Below are positions 13,065-27,120 of a DNA stretch of 64,000 bases, in pieces. The notes below the pieces were generated by a model, which was not told the DNA's origin, ran no database searches, and saw only the letters and a list, made by a program, of their open reading frames with translations. The translations under genes were made by a program, and so were the position numbers. The stretch is from Epiperipatus broadwayi (lineage: Eukaryota > Animalia > Onychophora): NCBI GenBank assembly GCA_028023455.1, contig JAQFVV010000002.1, forward strand, positions 8,246,001 through 8,310,000, read 5' to 3'. Each line of letters opens with the position of its first letter. Position 1 is the first letter of the stretch.

Positions 13065-14070
13065 ATAAATGTATAATTTATTAATGTCTGTACTAGTATC
13101 TGTGTAGTATATAAATTATACCTATATTCAAATATGACAAAGATCGTGATTTATGTACAATGTAATTTGGGGGCTCTGAGGCAACATTATTTTATAGACA
13201 TGACTCTCAAATGGTTTGATAATTTATTAGCATGTCTATATTTGTATTAGTGTGACTACTATGTCTGTTTGAATAACAAACAAGTAATTATTTTTTTTTG
13301 CATCCATAAAATTAGACTATTATTAGAGCAATGTAATGTAAATTTTAAGGCTGATTATCAGATGTGCAGAAAGATTGCACTTGAAGCAATCACAAAATAG
13401 CATAATATCATGTGACAATTTAAACTCTTAAAACCAATAGAGGTTGCAAGTGGTGATAGCCACAATGGTTATATATAGCACATGGAGTTGTATGCAGGAA
13501 ACAAATCAAATCCAGATTCTTGCCTATGCCTTGGTACTCGTGATGTGGAGTCAGTAATTTTGCCACATATTGCACCACATTATTTTCAAGTCTACAGCTA
13601 GCAAATGAGCTATGCGAATAAATTACATATCTGTGGGACAATAAATATTACAAGATAATATCACTGGTGTGCACAAAAAAGTATAAAATGAAGAGAAAAG
13701 ACACATTTTATCATTGATAGATGAGAAAGCCAAGTGCTATGATGACAAATGCATATCCATCTTCTGGAAATGATTTTTTCATTAGGATGAATCTTTTTAA
13801 CTTTACTTTTTTAACTTTTGGGGTACAAGATAAAAATGAAGAATTCTTATGCTACTACTTTTATAAGTTCTGAAGCTATGGATTATCTCAAGTAAAAAAT
13901 ATTATATATGGTTTCAATGAGAATTTTGTGAGGAATACAAAGAAATTATCAATGAAGATATAATAATTTTTTTGGATATTGAAATTTCTTTTTTTTCCCC
14001 TTACTTTTTGAATGGTAATTATTGTCCTATTTTTTTCGTAGTTTTCTGAAGTTATTGTGAAAATTGGTTT
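13065..14070 (+). pseudogene. piggyBac transposase relic, copy 2 (tandem duplicate of copy 1, lacks RTE)
   Basis: Collinear with 10931-13060 minus the RTE (e.g. TTTGATAATTTATTAG, CACATGGA(A/G)TTGTATGCAGG, TCTGAAGCTATGGATTATCTCA), with several internal deletions. Confidence 0.85.
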
Positions 14071-16322
14071 CAAATCAATTTTTTAATAATTCAATATGGT
14101 GCCAAACATTTTAAAATAGTTTTAAAAAAAAGTAATATATTTGGAATAATTTTAAAATACTAATATAAACCCCCTTGTTTTAAACAGCAATACATTCAAA
14201 ATATCTGTGAATTCATAATGAACACATGCATATATATATATATACACGAAATGTCATTGACTATTTACCAATTAGAGCTTAGGGTTTTTAAAATACATAT
14301 ATATATATCACTGTTTTCATTAAAAGAAAAACAGAGACATTTTATTTTTAAACTTGTAAATAACTTTTAACAAATAAGTTATAAAATGGTATTACTTTTT
14401 TTTAAAGATAAAAAAACAAACAAACCACAAATTGTTTTATATTTTAAAATGTTCATAATAAACTAACATTTGATAAAATATCCTAATTCTTACAAAAAAA
14501 AACCCCATGACTTTTATCAATAATTTAGGTGACATTTAGAATAAGACATCAACAGGTTGTGAAAATATAGTAAGATAAAGTTAAAGATATCAATTGACAA
14601 TTTTAATAATTAACAACTTTATAAACAATAAATAAATGGCTTATAAGAAAACAATTTACATATATAAATATACACAATGTATGACCAGAACGATGTAATA
14701 TATATAAAGATGATTATGATGAGAACAAATTTAGGCTTCATCTGGTCCAAATTAAAAGATTGGATTTTGATTATTAATGTATTGTAATTTTTTACAAAAT
14801 TAATGTTTATATTTTAATTTTTATTGAATTATGCTATACTGATTTCTCCATTAAAGAAATAAATAACCTGAAATATCAAAACTTATAAGTTGTGCTTCTA
14901 TTTTTCACAGGATTGCATTCTTATGTAAGAGCTGCAATAGTATAAAATTGTTTATATTATTATTTCTGCCATATGCAAAAATAAATACTATTGGGGAACA
15001 ATTTTTTTTTGATGAAAAAAATTTTGAATTAAAAAAAAACAAAAAACGATTATATAACATTTACATAAAAAAATAATCAAATGTTATTACATTTAAAAAA
15101 AAATGTAAATTAAAAATTCACACCTACACCCAATTTTTAAAGAATTGAAAAATCAGTTCATTTAACATCTTATCAATTTCTATCCTAATGCAGTTTAAAA
15201 TTTTTTGCAATGTTGAAGTTCAAAAGGAGGATTTATTCTTTAAATACTGGGATGACTAATCAATCTAATAAAGATTTCTTTGGAAAAATAGTGATTTATA
15301 AATTCAAAATGGAATCTAAAACCTCATAAGACTTTTCACTAATGATTCTTTTTTTTTTTTGCAAGCTTGTATTATTTATCTTTTAAATTTCTTCTTTGGT
15401 TTTGAGACAATGGATGAGGGAATGTGAGAAGGTAAAAATACAATCAATTAAAAGTTTTCCAGATTTTGTTGAATTTCTCATCATAGTAATACTACTTAAT
15501 ATTAATTTATAAAATTAATTGATTTAGAATTTCCAACAATCTCTTTTGATGTGTAATTGGCAGATGTTTTGGAATTTTTCTTGTCTTTAAAAATCTATTT
15601 CTAATTTTCTTCTCTTATTGTTTTTTTTTTTAATAATGATGATAGGAAACAAGGGAAGGGAGATTGATTTGTATTGTCAACTTTGATGAAAATAATAAGT
15701 GCCAACTATATTCACTACAAGGTACTGTAACTATCAGTTTCTTTCATGAGGGTAAATTCAGTGTAACCTTAATTTTTACATAATCTAAGAAGAATTTTTT
15801 TTTTTTTATCAAAATATTAAGTTAAATAGAGGGAGGGTGGTGGTGGAGTGATCATCTTGTGCATATTATAAAACTTTAAAATAGTTAATAAAGAATGGAA
15901 TAAAAATAAAATTGAATCAACGATATTTTAAAAATGAAAGTTGATATCATGAATAAAATTTTAACTTGCTAATTCTAGCAATTGATTAATATTTAGTTAT
16001 ATGGAAAGATAGCTCTTTAAATTTCTAAAGATTATAAAATCAGTCTAATGTTCATTAAAGTAACAATAAGTACATTGCTAGTAATTAATAATTATATGTG
16101 CGTGCATGCATGTGTGTGATGTATATAATTTTAATTATACAGACAATCTGAAGGTTTTCGATAGGGTCTTGAGAGGAGTATTATTTTATATAGGTATTAA
16201 AAAAATTCATTATGGTTTTCACTCATAAATCTTTAAACAAAATTTAGTCTATTCATTTTTATTAAAATGATTTTTTATAAAATTTTCCACCATTTTCTTT
16301 TTACATTTTTTTTTTTTTGTAG

Positions 16323-16354
16323 CAGAAAAATATCTCTCAAACACATGTGGGAAG
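16323..16354 (+). other. Candidate 32-nt micro-exon (29 nt if the second AG is used)
   Basis: Long polypyrimidine tract ending TTTGTAG|CAG (tandem NAGNAG acceptor), followed by GAAG|GTAGGT donor. Signals only; no partner exons identified. Confidence 0.3.
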
Positions 16355-19300
16355 GTAGGTTTGTGAATACGTAATGTCCAGACAAAAACTGAATAAATCA
16401 ATTAAAGATTAATATTAGGGTCAGAAAAGTGATTGACGGATAAATTCAATAAAACTAAGTCATATTAGAGCTAGAGGTCTTCTCTAAAAATCTTGTGCCC
16501 AGTGAGCATGCAAAAAATTCCGTTTCAATCTAGCGTCTAACTAGAGTTATTAGTTTTTATTTAAAAGCATATATTGTATATCTTAATAATGGAGCACTAG
16601 AAGGTTCATATGCACACTTATCATCTCTATTAAGTCAATTGGTGCCAAAATTTTATCAATCTACAAGGAAATCAACACCCCATGCTAAAGTCAACATGTC
16701 CAATTCGGAAGCTTCGATCTACATATCCGAGAATATCTCAGGTACAAACTTTTATTGTCACTTGTCTTTTATTAAATAATTTAATAAGTAAATTTGGATG
16801 GATCATTGTATTACAAACTTTTCTTAATCTTATTTGGGTTAAGTCATTTTTAATATTTGAATATTTAATTTTATTACAAACTTTCGTAATATTTTATACT
16901 ATTTCAAATATTTAATTTTTAATACTGGAATAAATGAATTATAAAAAGAATAAAAGGATGAAAGAGTAATAATAATAATAAATGCCAATTTTATCTCTAC
17001 TTCATATTTGATTAAAGACATAATATAGTTAAAAGCATAACTTGTACTTATGGTAATTATGATTCTCCGAGTAAATCTTCTCGTGAGAGAATAATTATAA
17101 AATTAAGTTTGAAAATTCTAGTCGAAACAATTCTTTTTAATAAATGTGATGAATAAAAAAGTCTAAATAAAATTTTCTTTAAAGTATTACTAACGTAGAT
17201 ATAGTGAGCATCTGGTCTTATGTAATATTTTCAATAGAATAAATTGTGCAGGAATTTTATATAAATATAAAAATATTATTATAAGTGTCTAGGATCCTCT
17301 TGAAATAATGAAAATTAAAATCATATCGGAAAATTCCTTAGGAAAGAAATAATATAATAAGCAGATAAATAACTGTGGTATATTGTGATTAATATTGTGG
17401 AAATCCGGATCTTAAAGTAGCTATGAGATTGAATGTGTTTTAACTACGTTGTTGCACCAAATAAACATTAATATTTTTGATAGCTTCAATGATATTCTAC
17501 AATGGCCATGCATGAATTTAATTTTATATTTTTCCCATTTAAAAATGTCTTTTCTTTGGACAGTTTACACTTTGTGGGAGGATAATTTCCAGCATTCCCA
17601 GTGGACCAAGAAGGAGACAATGCATAAAATTTTTATTATTATTATATCTATTATTGCACTATATTATATTTCTTAATATGTTAGTTAAGAGTCCGAAGTT
17701 AAGAAAAAAAAAGGTTTGACCCCATATTCAATCTATCTTAAAGTTTATAAATAATTTGATTTACTATAGTATTGCTTGAGCCCGTATATATTTTTTCTGT
17801 ATTACAAATGCTAGGGGTGTATGACGTATGAAAAGATTTACAAGATATAGTTATGTTAATAATTTAAATTAATATTTTCACGTTTATTTAATTTTTCATA
17901 TTTTATTGCTATGCTCGGAAGCGGGTGAGTTATTTAAAATGCATATTTAAAATGAAATGATGCCTATTTCTTAGCCTAGAGAATTATTTTTAAGTAAGTT
18001 TATTTTAGTTAAAAGACTAATCATAATCAGTTCAAGCATCAATAATATATCTTTTTTATGCTATGCATGAGTGCAAATGACCTCTGTTTGTTGAGGTGAG
18101 TGTAGTTTTACCGCCTCCAAGGATTGAGATGAAGCATAGCTCTCTCACGGATAAATAATTTTATCGGAAAGTATTTTTAGGAGATCGAGGACTTGATCCC
18201 AACTCCAATATTGTTTTACTGTTTCATAAAAGAAATATTTATGGTTGTAGTTTGCGGAGTTATTAGCATGCCTCACATATGTGCAAAGACAAGTTCCTCA
18301 CATACTTTAGCCTCAGGAAGAAGGCAAATTCTTAGATCTATGCTAGCACCAAAAAATTATTACTATTAACTCATTCTCTCTTACGAAAGCAACATTTTTT
18401 ATCATTACTCAGGAGTGTATGATAATTTCGTGTTTCTTGCTTGTTAGGTAATTGCATGCTAATGAAAAGTAATTACTTGTTTAGGGACTAAATATCATAT
18501 CATATTCATAAATTGATGTATTGAGTAGCTAAGTTTTGCTCTAGCTTGTGTGAGAACCGATCTTTATTCTAAATTCATATTTGTAAATTTGAATTCAGGC
18601 AAGCAGTAAGCATTGTACCAGGTTCATGCAGAAGCAAGTCATCGCTGGACTAGTAAGGAAGGAATAATAAGCTCATGTTGGGCTATAGCAATAGATACGC
18701 ATATGTGTGCATTGATATTACTATTAAACATATTGCATAATTATTAAATGGAAGTTGAATACTAAGTTATGGGAATAATAGTTCGCGAAACGCGTATAAA
18801 CTTAAAAGTAATTTTTTTATTGCATTTAAGATACGAGTTTCTTAAATAACTTTTAATATCTTGAAAACATAAACCTCTTAATAAATTAAATAAATAGTAC
18901 ATTAAGTTTTATGGGTTTTAAGCTAATTAACAAGATTGGCATTAATTGTATTTTACATAATGTTAATGAAACACCGCTTCAGATAAAAACAAATAAATAT
19001 TAAACAATGGATTATGGGTCAAAAGAAATATGAATTACTATATTGTAGAATAGTGATTGGTTCTAAAATTATTTGTTATAGATGTTATTACTGGGACAAG
19101 CTATGTATTCGTTTTACTAAGTTTATACAAGTTCGTAATTATAGCCAGTGCAGATCCCCATTGCGAATAATTATAATTGTATCTCATAAAGTTTTCTTAA
19201 TTTGGGATGCTACAATATTAACTTGAATTGTAGTTTTTTTTTCTTTTATATAATTGTTAATAAATATTTGTTGTTTTTAAAATTTCAACCTGTGTCTTAA

Positions 19301-19730
19301 TGTTTTGGGTGTCTAGAGCTACACGATATCAAAATGTCCCAATATTAGCGTTTCATAATATTGACAGAATTATAATATTTATAAATTTATTATAGTCATT
19401 AATACTCTAAGTATAATATGAAAGTATTAATGGAAATAACTCATATTTCTAGTACAGATTGGCCATAAATATCTTTATTAATTTTATTGTTAAAGTAAAA
19501 TAATACATTTTCACTTATTAAGATTCGAAGAATTGAATTAATAACATATATGTTAAAAAAAATTTAATAAATACTTGGCAAACAGATGAAAGAATGGTTT
19601 AATTATAAAATTAATATTTAGTTGTTCAGTTCATTGCATTCTGACTAGTATTACGAGTGGACATAAAATCCCTTCATGCTTCCCAGTTGATTAAAATATA
19701 TTCAAAATTTATTATAATAATTGTTTTATT

Positions 19731-20817
19731 GGTACTCATCTTTTAGCTAAAGATGCCGCTCCATGGCGGTTTTTGCGCCAAAACACTTAAAAATGCTGTT
19801 TCCGCGGCCGACACATTCGAACCTGCGTTTTCTATAATACAACTTTTTTGTTGTACTACAGAATGCAGGCCGCTATGTTGCGTCGCAGTACAGCATGTAT
19901 GTCGCATAGCAGCAAATACATTTTCCGAATTTGCACAATTTATAAAATAATTACGGCTTGATGAGAGTTTGTATTTGAATTGTATTGAAATGTTGTTTTC
20001 ATTGGACTTGTATTTATTTTAAACTATTGAAATGTTCAGATTTTTTAAAGCAATAATTATAAGACTTTTTACAACGTACTGTATTGAACTTTTATTTGGG
20101 AACATGTTAAATATCTGTTTTTATTGAGTTGCAATTACGTAACATGTCAAGTAACGTACTGTTAGTAACATTCCACGAGACAAAGAAGATTCTGCCATCT
20201 GTATATTTTTGAAGTAAAAAAGAGCGGTACGAAAAAAATATCCAGTAAGAAAAAGTCCAAATATACAGTTTTCTTTTGTAAATTTCATAAAAAGCAAATA
20301 TTATAAACATGTTTAATAAGTAAAGAAGACATTTGTATGTGTTTGTTGTTATTTAAAAAAGTTTTAGTTTCTTTCTTTTGTCCGAGTACGGTTACGATTT
20401 TGAATTTTTTTATTTTAGCATTACAAACAACAGAACACTAACCCTAAATCTAACCGTAACAAGTTTTCCTTTTATTACGATTATTATTTTTTAGTTAAAC
20501 AACAACAAAAAAAGTCGTAACACAAGTAAAAAAAATATCCGATAGAAAATTGATAAAAAAAAAGCCATAACACAATTTAAAAAGTATACGATATAAAAAC
20601 ACGAATCAAATTGTAATTTGTTGATTTTATTTTACATTTATTATTATCATTTAAATTGTATACGTTAATAAAAAATATTTAAAAAAAACGATTGTTTTGT
20701 TTTCGAAAAAAGAACAGAAAAATTATTAAAATCAATGGCCCGTGAATGTTCATATTTTATAGTTTTAGCGTGAAAATGGCGCCATCCAACGGCATCTTTA
20801 GCTATAAGACAAGCACC
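19731..20817 (+). mobile_element. MITE with about 55-bp imperfect TIRs, GG...CC ends, 8-bp TSD (Merlin-like; family 2, copy A)
   Basis: Starts GGTACTCATCTTTTAGCTAAAGATGCCG and ends CGGCATCTTTAGCTATAAGACAAGCACC. Perfect TSD GTTTTATT at 19723-19730 and 20818-20825. Inverted homolog at 38116-39329. Confidence 0.95.
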
Positions 20818-22590
20818 GTTTTATTAATTAAGTAGTTAAAATATCATATTTATTAGAAGTCCTATTATTAGTGTTACTGAAAGTAGACATTAACTTTAAA
20901 TAAGCGTATGTCTATTCCATTTGTATTTGCTAGGATAGTGTCCAAAGGTCGGCAATGAATTGAAAAATAATTGAGTGTTGCATTTCACCCACAAGTCATG
21001 ACCCTGAGAATAAGAGCATGAGAACAAGAGCATTCATATTTCTAAGAGTTCAAAGAATAAGAGAACTATTATTAGAACGTTAAAGAATACAGAGCGGTTA
21101 GGAACTGGTATGTTCCACCTCTGTATGTGCATATGGTAAGGCATTAAAGAAACATAATTTGAAAGATAGGGGAGGGTGATCGATGCTGAGAACAAAAGGT
21201 TATTTAATTTATTTGTAAGGAAAGAGGAAAGTAAAATTTTCTACTCTGTGTTCATTAAGTTATAAGATTTTAACACTTTTCTAGTATAATTTTAAGAGTT
21301 CTCTGCATGGATTACTGATCCATTTCCATTTGGTACACATGAAACATAAAGAACATTATCATAGTTGCCACTGGGGATCATATAGCTATATGGCTTTGTG
21401 GAGAAATTTTATTATATTTCTAAATAATGTATCGAGAATTTATTTACGTAGTAATTACTAAGTTCAAACTCAGAACATAATACAGTGTTTAGAATTTAAA
21501 AATATTAAATGTATATTTTCATTTGGAAAAGTTTAATAACTTGCTCCTCCACAGACTTCCCATTTATTAAGCGATGACCTCGGGTGGATACTATATTTGA
21601 TGCTACAGTTGCGATTTGGCGCCTGGGTAAAATACCTACATTATTGTCATTAGCTGTCTTCGTCTTATCTGAAGTTACAGGCTGTGTATTGGATTTTAAT
21701 GCTGACCGAAGTTGAGGTTACAGTACAAATCAAATCAAACAATCCAAATAAAAATGAACTGGCTCGCTTTTAAACAACAACTAACCAAAAAAAAAAAAAC
21801 AACAACCTTAAAATCAAATATTCTTTAATTACTTGGATTGCCACTGAACAATCAATAGTTGTTTACTTTCAAGAGTTAAAAAAAACAATGACACTGCTTT
21901 CATTGTGAACCGAGTGATTTACTGGCATCATGCATGGACAATGCAAATCACTCTAAACTCTCCCTAACTTTTCTCCATCATAGATAAACCAAGGTCATCT
22001 CTAAATGAAGAATGTAAGATATTTTTTTCTATATTAAAAACTAAAAAATAATAATACAACAATTTAAATGAACACCTCCAAGTCTAATGTTTCCAACTGT
22101 TTTTCAAATAAAAACATTTTAAACAATATGATCAATGAAAAACACAAAGTTTATTTTTAAATAAATGTCTAACTAGTTTTAAAAGCGAAATAAAAAATAA
22201 AATTGTGATAATGCGTGAAAGGATGGGAAAATGTTTCCTTTGTCATCGAAGCAACATCATTGCTTGGATACACTGCATTGCTTCCAAGTCTCACTACCAT
22301 TTCATCTCAATTCCATACCACCACAATTTTGTTTGATCATAAAAAACAGATAGCCTAATATAAGCACCATACCATCTCAATATGTAAAAAAAAAAATCTA
22401 TGGAAATTATAGTAACAATGATGGAAATCTAAGAAATAAATATGCAGCAATTGACAAATCTTTAGGGATGAAAATATGTATTTAAATATTCTTCTAGATT
22501 CGTATTATAATAATTTTAGTCAGGATAAGCAGAATTTGAAAACTAATTAGTATTAATACATATAACAAAACAGTACTTTGGTATTAGAGC

Positions 22591-22806
22591 TGTAACACGG
22601 AGCATATATTAAACCTACTACTGCCTGTTCACATTTGTATCAATCTGCTAACTTTGTAAACTTGCAATCGGACCCAAATAATATGTACACGACTTTTTTA
22701 GCCAAAAAAGAATGTGTATACGGTATTTTGGCAAGATGTACAAAGTTATCGGGAGGTTGATTTAAATGTGAACAGGCAGTAAGACTAATACATTCTCCAT
22801 GTCGCA
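22591..22806. mobile_element. Short palindromic MITE-like element
   Basis: Core TACTGCCTGTTCACATTT (22619) / AAATGTGAACAGGCAGTA (to 22781) is a perfect inverted repeat. Imperfect pairing continues inward and outward to TGTAACACGG / CCATGTCGCA. Could be a TA-TSD element at 22621-22779 or a TG...CA element without TSD. Confidence 0.7.
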
Positions 22807-22884
22807 GGATTAAAAATAACTAACTGTAAAAAAATACTAAAACATAATATATGTAATTTTCAATACCAAATGCATTCAAATATT

Positions 22885-23190
22885 TACGACTTTCAACAAC
22901 TTTTGAGAACAAAATTCAAAGAAATATTGCGAATTTTAACAGTAACAAAATAAATATATATCATTTTCAATAACAACTTTTAAGAACGAAATTCAAAGAA
23001 ATATTGTGAATTTTAACCATAACAAAATAAATATATTTAGCATTTTCAATAACAAATGCATTCAAGTATATACAGTTTTGAAATATCTATGATTTTCAAC
23101 ATTAATAATTTTCAATAGATACAACTTTTAAGAACAAAAGACATATTGCAACTTACTCTTAACGCTAACAACTTTTAAGAACGACATTTG
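22885..23190. repeat. Tandem repeat, about 77-bp unit (2 full and 2 partial copies)
   Basis: TTTT(G/A)AGAAC(A/G)AAATTCAAAGAAATATTG at 22901 and 22978; CAACTTTTAAGAAC recurs near 23122 and 23169. Confidence 0.8.
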
Positions 23191-23559
23191 AAATTAAAAA
23201 AAACAACAAAAAATATGTGTGGTGATGCTATTAATAAAAAAAAATTGCTACTTTAAATATGTACCAAACATAGAGTAAATGATTTTTATTTTTAATTAAT
23301 TTATAAAAAAATACATTAACTAATTTCTATGATACTTACTGTATAATATATAACAGGAATTTACGAGTTAATTTTTTTACATATAATACAACCATACAAA
23401 ATGTAAATCTGCAATAAAAATTTTCCCTCCAAAAATGTGCCACGTCATTATTACTGTTAACCGTCTTTTTTTTTTTTTAAAAAATTAAACGAAAACATAT
23501 TAAAATACACTTTTATTCCGTTTATGTATCATGGCATTCTTTGAACCTTCCATACTCAG

Positions 23560-23880
23560 TAATTTCAAAATATTCATCATTTTTAACGATACAAATTCTT
23601 GAATACGCAATTAAAATCACAACGATATCTATACAATAACTGAAAATGTCGCAAACGCCATTGCTTGTCACTGCATCTATTTACGTAATTTTCAAATATT
23701 CATCATTTTTAATGATATGAATTCTGGAATACGCTTGAATATTGAAAATGTCGAAAACACCACTGCATCTATTTCCGTACATGCAATTTCCAAATATTCA
23801 TCACTTTTAGGGATACGAATTCTTGAATACACAATTAAAATCACAATGAAATCTAGACAATAACTGAAAATGTCGAAGAA
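23560..23880. repeat. Tandem repeat, about 100-130-bp unit, 3 copies
   Basis: AAATATTCATCA...GAATAC...TGAAAATGTCG recurs near 23565, 23690 and 23790. Confidence 0.8.
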
Positions 23881-26800
23881 TTGCAAAAATAATAAGATTG
23901 TGTTGATAAGGAAACATGTTTTGTCACGTATCACAGGGATTATTTTGTTTCAATTTGACCATTCAGACATTACAAAATTTTTTGTGGGTGTGAAAAGGCA
24001 TCCTATCTCCATTAGGCTACATTGCAGCTCTAATACCAAAGTACCAAAAAATCATACTGAAGCAAAGTTACAGTAACAATGATGAAAAATTAAGAGCTAA
24101 ACATGGATCAACAAACATTACTGGCAGAAATATCAAATTTACAAGTGTACACTGCTGAATCAATAAAGCATAAGATATTTTTATTATATTTGTGAGCTTT
24201 AAGTTTAGTTTTTCCTCTTCAAATGTTCATCTTTACCTGTTTTGTTTTTTTAAAAAAATTATTATTTACAAGATAGTATAATTTTAATTATGAACCAAAA
24301 AAAATCACAGAATTAATAAGCATTAAAGGTAAAATATATATATAAAAAAAAGGCTGTAAAACAGTCTGTGAAATTCTGAATTTAGTATGACTAATTATCA
24401 AAGTATATTTTCAAAAAGTGAATTAAAAATGTACAAATGGCAACAAATTACTTTATACTACAACACAATGGAACAAATAGAGATTTTTCCTAATGTCAAT
24501 TAATCATTAGGTAATTTTATAGATAAAGCTTTTTTTGCTAAATGTTTATTACAAGTGTTGTTTCTGTTAAGAAGTTTAATGTTGGCAAAGTACGGTTCAC
24601 AGATTGAAGAAGTAGATTGCACTATATTATAGGTCATAAAAAGGCTGCTGGCATAAGTAAGACTGTTATCAAATGTTATCTCGCAAGACAGCAGATAATC
24701 TAAAATTACGGCATGAATTTAATTAGGATATTGTTTAAATTTTAGTCTTTCAAAAAGATGATTTTAATTTTCCTTAAAAAATCAATAGTACAAGATGTGA
24801 AGAAATTGATTTTCATATGTACTTTTACAATTATATATATATTTCCTGCTTAAATAGGCCATGAGTTTGAAATAGATTATCTCTAAATACATGTATGACT
24901 ATGTAAGATATAATGAACAAATGATATTAAACAAGAATTAAAAAGTTCTTACTGAAATTGCTTTTCATAATTTTTCAATCATCAATTTATATTTTAATTT
25001 TTTAAAACCAATCACTGATAAAATGGGTGAGAAAACGAAGTACTACTAAATTAAAATTATGCCTTCATCTGGTTAGAGCTGAATGGGTTAACCAAAATGC
25101 TTTGTAAATCAAAAATCTAGCAAAAAAATTGCAATTATAATAAAAACTCATGGAAGAAAAATTAACTTGTTACTTTAAATTCAAAATTCATAAAAACCAA
25201 ATTAAGAAGATACAACTTGAAACTGAAAAAAGTGATAATTACTCAATCATTAAGTATTTTAATGTTTTTAAAAAAATACTAACTCATAGGAAAATCTTCA
25301 GAGTGTAATTTTTTTCTGGAAAAAAAAAAAAAAAAGATATTTCTTCATTGATATTGTGCTATAGTCTGAGAATGATATTTCTTTAATTATATGTTATTGA
25401 TTTAATAGAAATAAAGAATGTAGACTAAAATAAACATAATGTACATTTTAAAAGTTGTTTTTGATGCATTTTATGTTCCAATACAGAGTTTTTATTTGTG
25501 TAACATTTAAACAATATTCCCTTCCCACAGGGGCAATTTCTATCTTGGTCATACATGTTATGGTAATTATTATTATTTATATTTTTTCAGTACTGATTTT
25601 TTTTTTTTCAAATTTATTTTTCATAAAAGCAGTTGAAATTAAATAAAAAATAGATAAAGACATGTAAATTATGTTAAGAATGTAAATATATCAGAAACAA
25701 ATTATGAGACTTGATTTAAAACTGAGCAAATAAATGACATTTTTTTGGGTCTGTTTCTGGTTGCCATCTTCGACAGTTCACTGTAATTAAGGTGGTCTCC
25801 CTGAAAAAGGCCCAGTCACAATCCATACTGAGTTGTTTGAAAAAAAAAGTAACTAATAAAATCAGTAAGTATAAATTCTAACAAATAAAAGTAGTTTTCT
25901 TCAAAGAAAGTTAAGATTTAGAAAAGAAAAAAAAAAAAAATTTAATCAGGGGAAGTGGCTATGCAAATGGTTGCCTACCGTAAAAATAGATCAAATCTAT
26001 TGAAAAAGATGTAGATGAGAAACAATCAACTTCAAACCTAGAAGATAGAAAAAACAACTAATAAAGAAGAATATAGTGAAGAATGAACTTTTAGAAATGC
26101 CGGAAAACTATAAATACTCAGATAGTATCATTAAGAAAAGTAAAAAAAAAAGGTGTTTGGAAATTACGATTTTCAAACTAAATTTAAAAAAGAAATACAA
26201 TGTTCTAAAAATAATGATGAAATAAATATGATAGAAAATGATGAAATTTACAATAAAGGAAAAGAATGGTGCGAAAATAGCCAAAAACAAAAAAATTATA
26301 TTAAAAAAATTGCGTCTCTCAAAAACAACATAATCTACATGTGGAACCAGAAGTCTTCGGAAGCGATGAAAGTTGGCAGGATAAAAAAAAGTCACAAGAT
26401 TCAATTACAATCCAAGTTTTTGAAAATATTATAGAACAAGAAGAGAGCTACAAATCAAGACCATTTATGAGGTTTTCCCATGTAGGAAAAGGGAGCTATG
26501 GGAAAAAAGGGCGCAGATGTGGCACCACTAAAAAATCAACAATCAGGGAAATCAACTTCAAACAATAACGAAATAGAATTCAAAGTAGAAAATGAATACC
26601 TGAGTAAGACAGATATCAACAAACATCAAGAGAAGATCACTGGAGAAGAGGGAAAGATCCTTCCCATAAGGGAAGCAAATGGAAGAATGGTAAGTAATAA
26701 TATGAGCCAAAATAATGATTCAGCAGACAAAAAAATCTGCTAATGAAGTACACAAACTAGACAGAAGTAAGGGAAAAGTTATAGAGAAGAAAGCTACTCT

Positions 26801-27120
26801 CAAGAGTCTAGAAAGGTTTGAAAAGATTCATAAAAGACATAATAGTAAGAACTTGGCTCAAGGAGCAAGAAGTAAAACCCCTACTTATACAAATGCTAAA
26901 TCTAAAAATAATTACCCAGACAGCCAATTAACACTACTAGAAGAAGATAAAATATATAACCAACTATAAAGACTTGACTGAAGACAGAGTAAAAGAGAGT
27001 CAAAAATTAAGAGATCAGAAGATAAATTATTTTTCGAATGAAAATTTCCCACCATTGACAGTCGATGGAAAAGTTAAATAGTTTAAACAAACCAGTCAAA
27101 ATGAAAATAAAAAGGGGACT

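Noticed and set aside
20940-21470. Possible LINE 3' fragment
   Set aside because: Purine-rich and coding-like, but no diagnostic RT/EN motif, tail, TSD or second copy.
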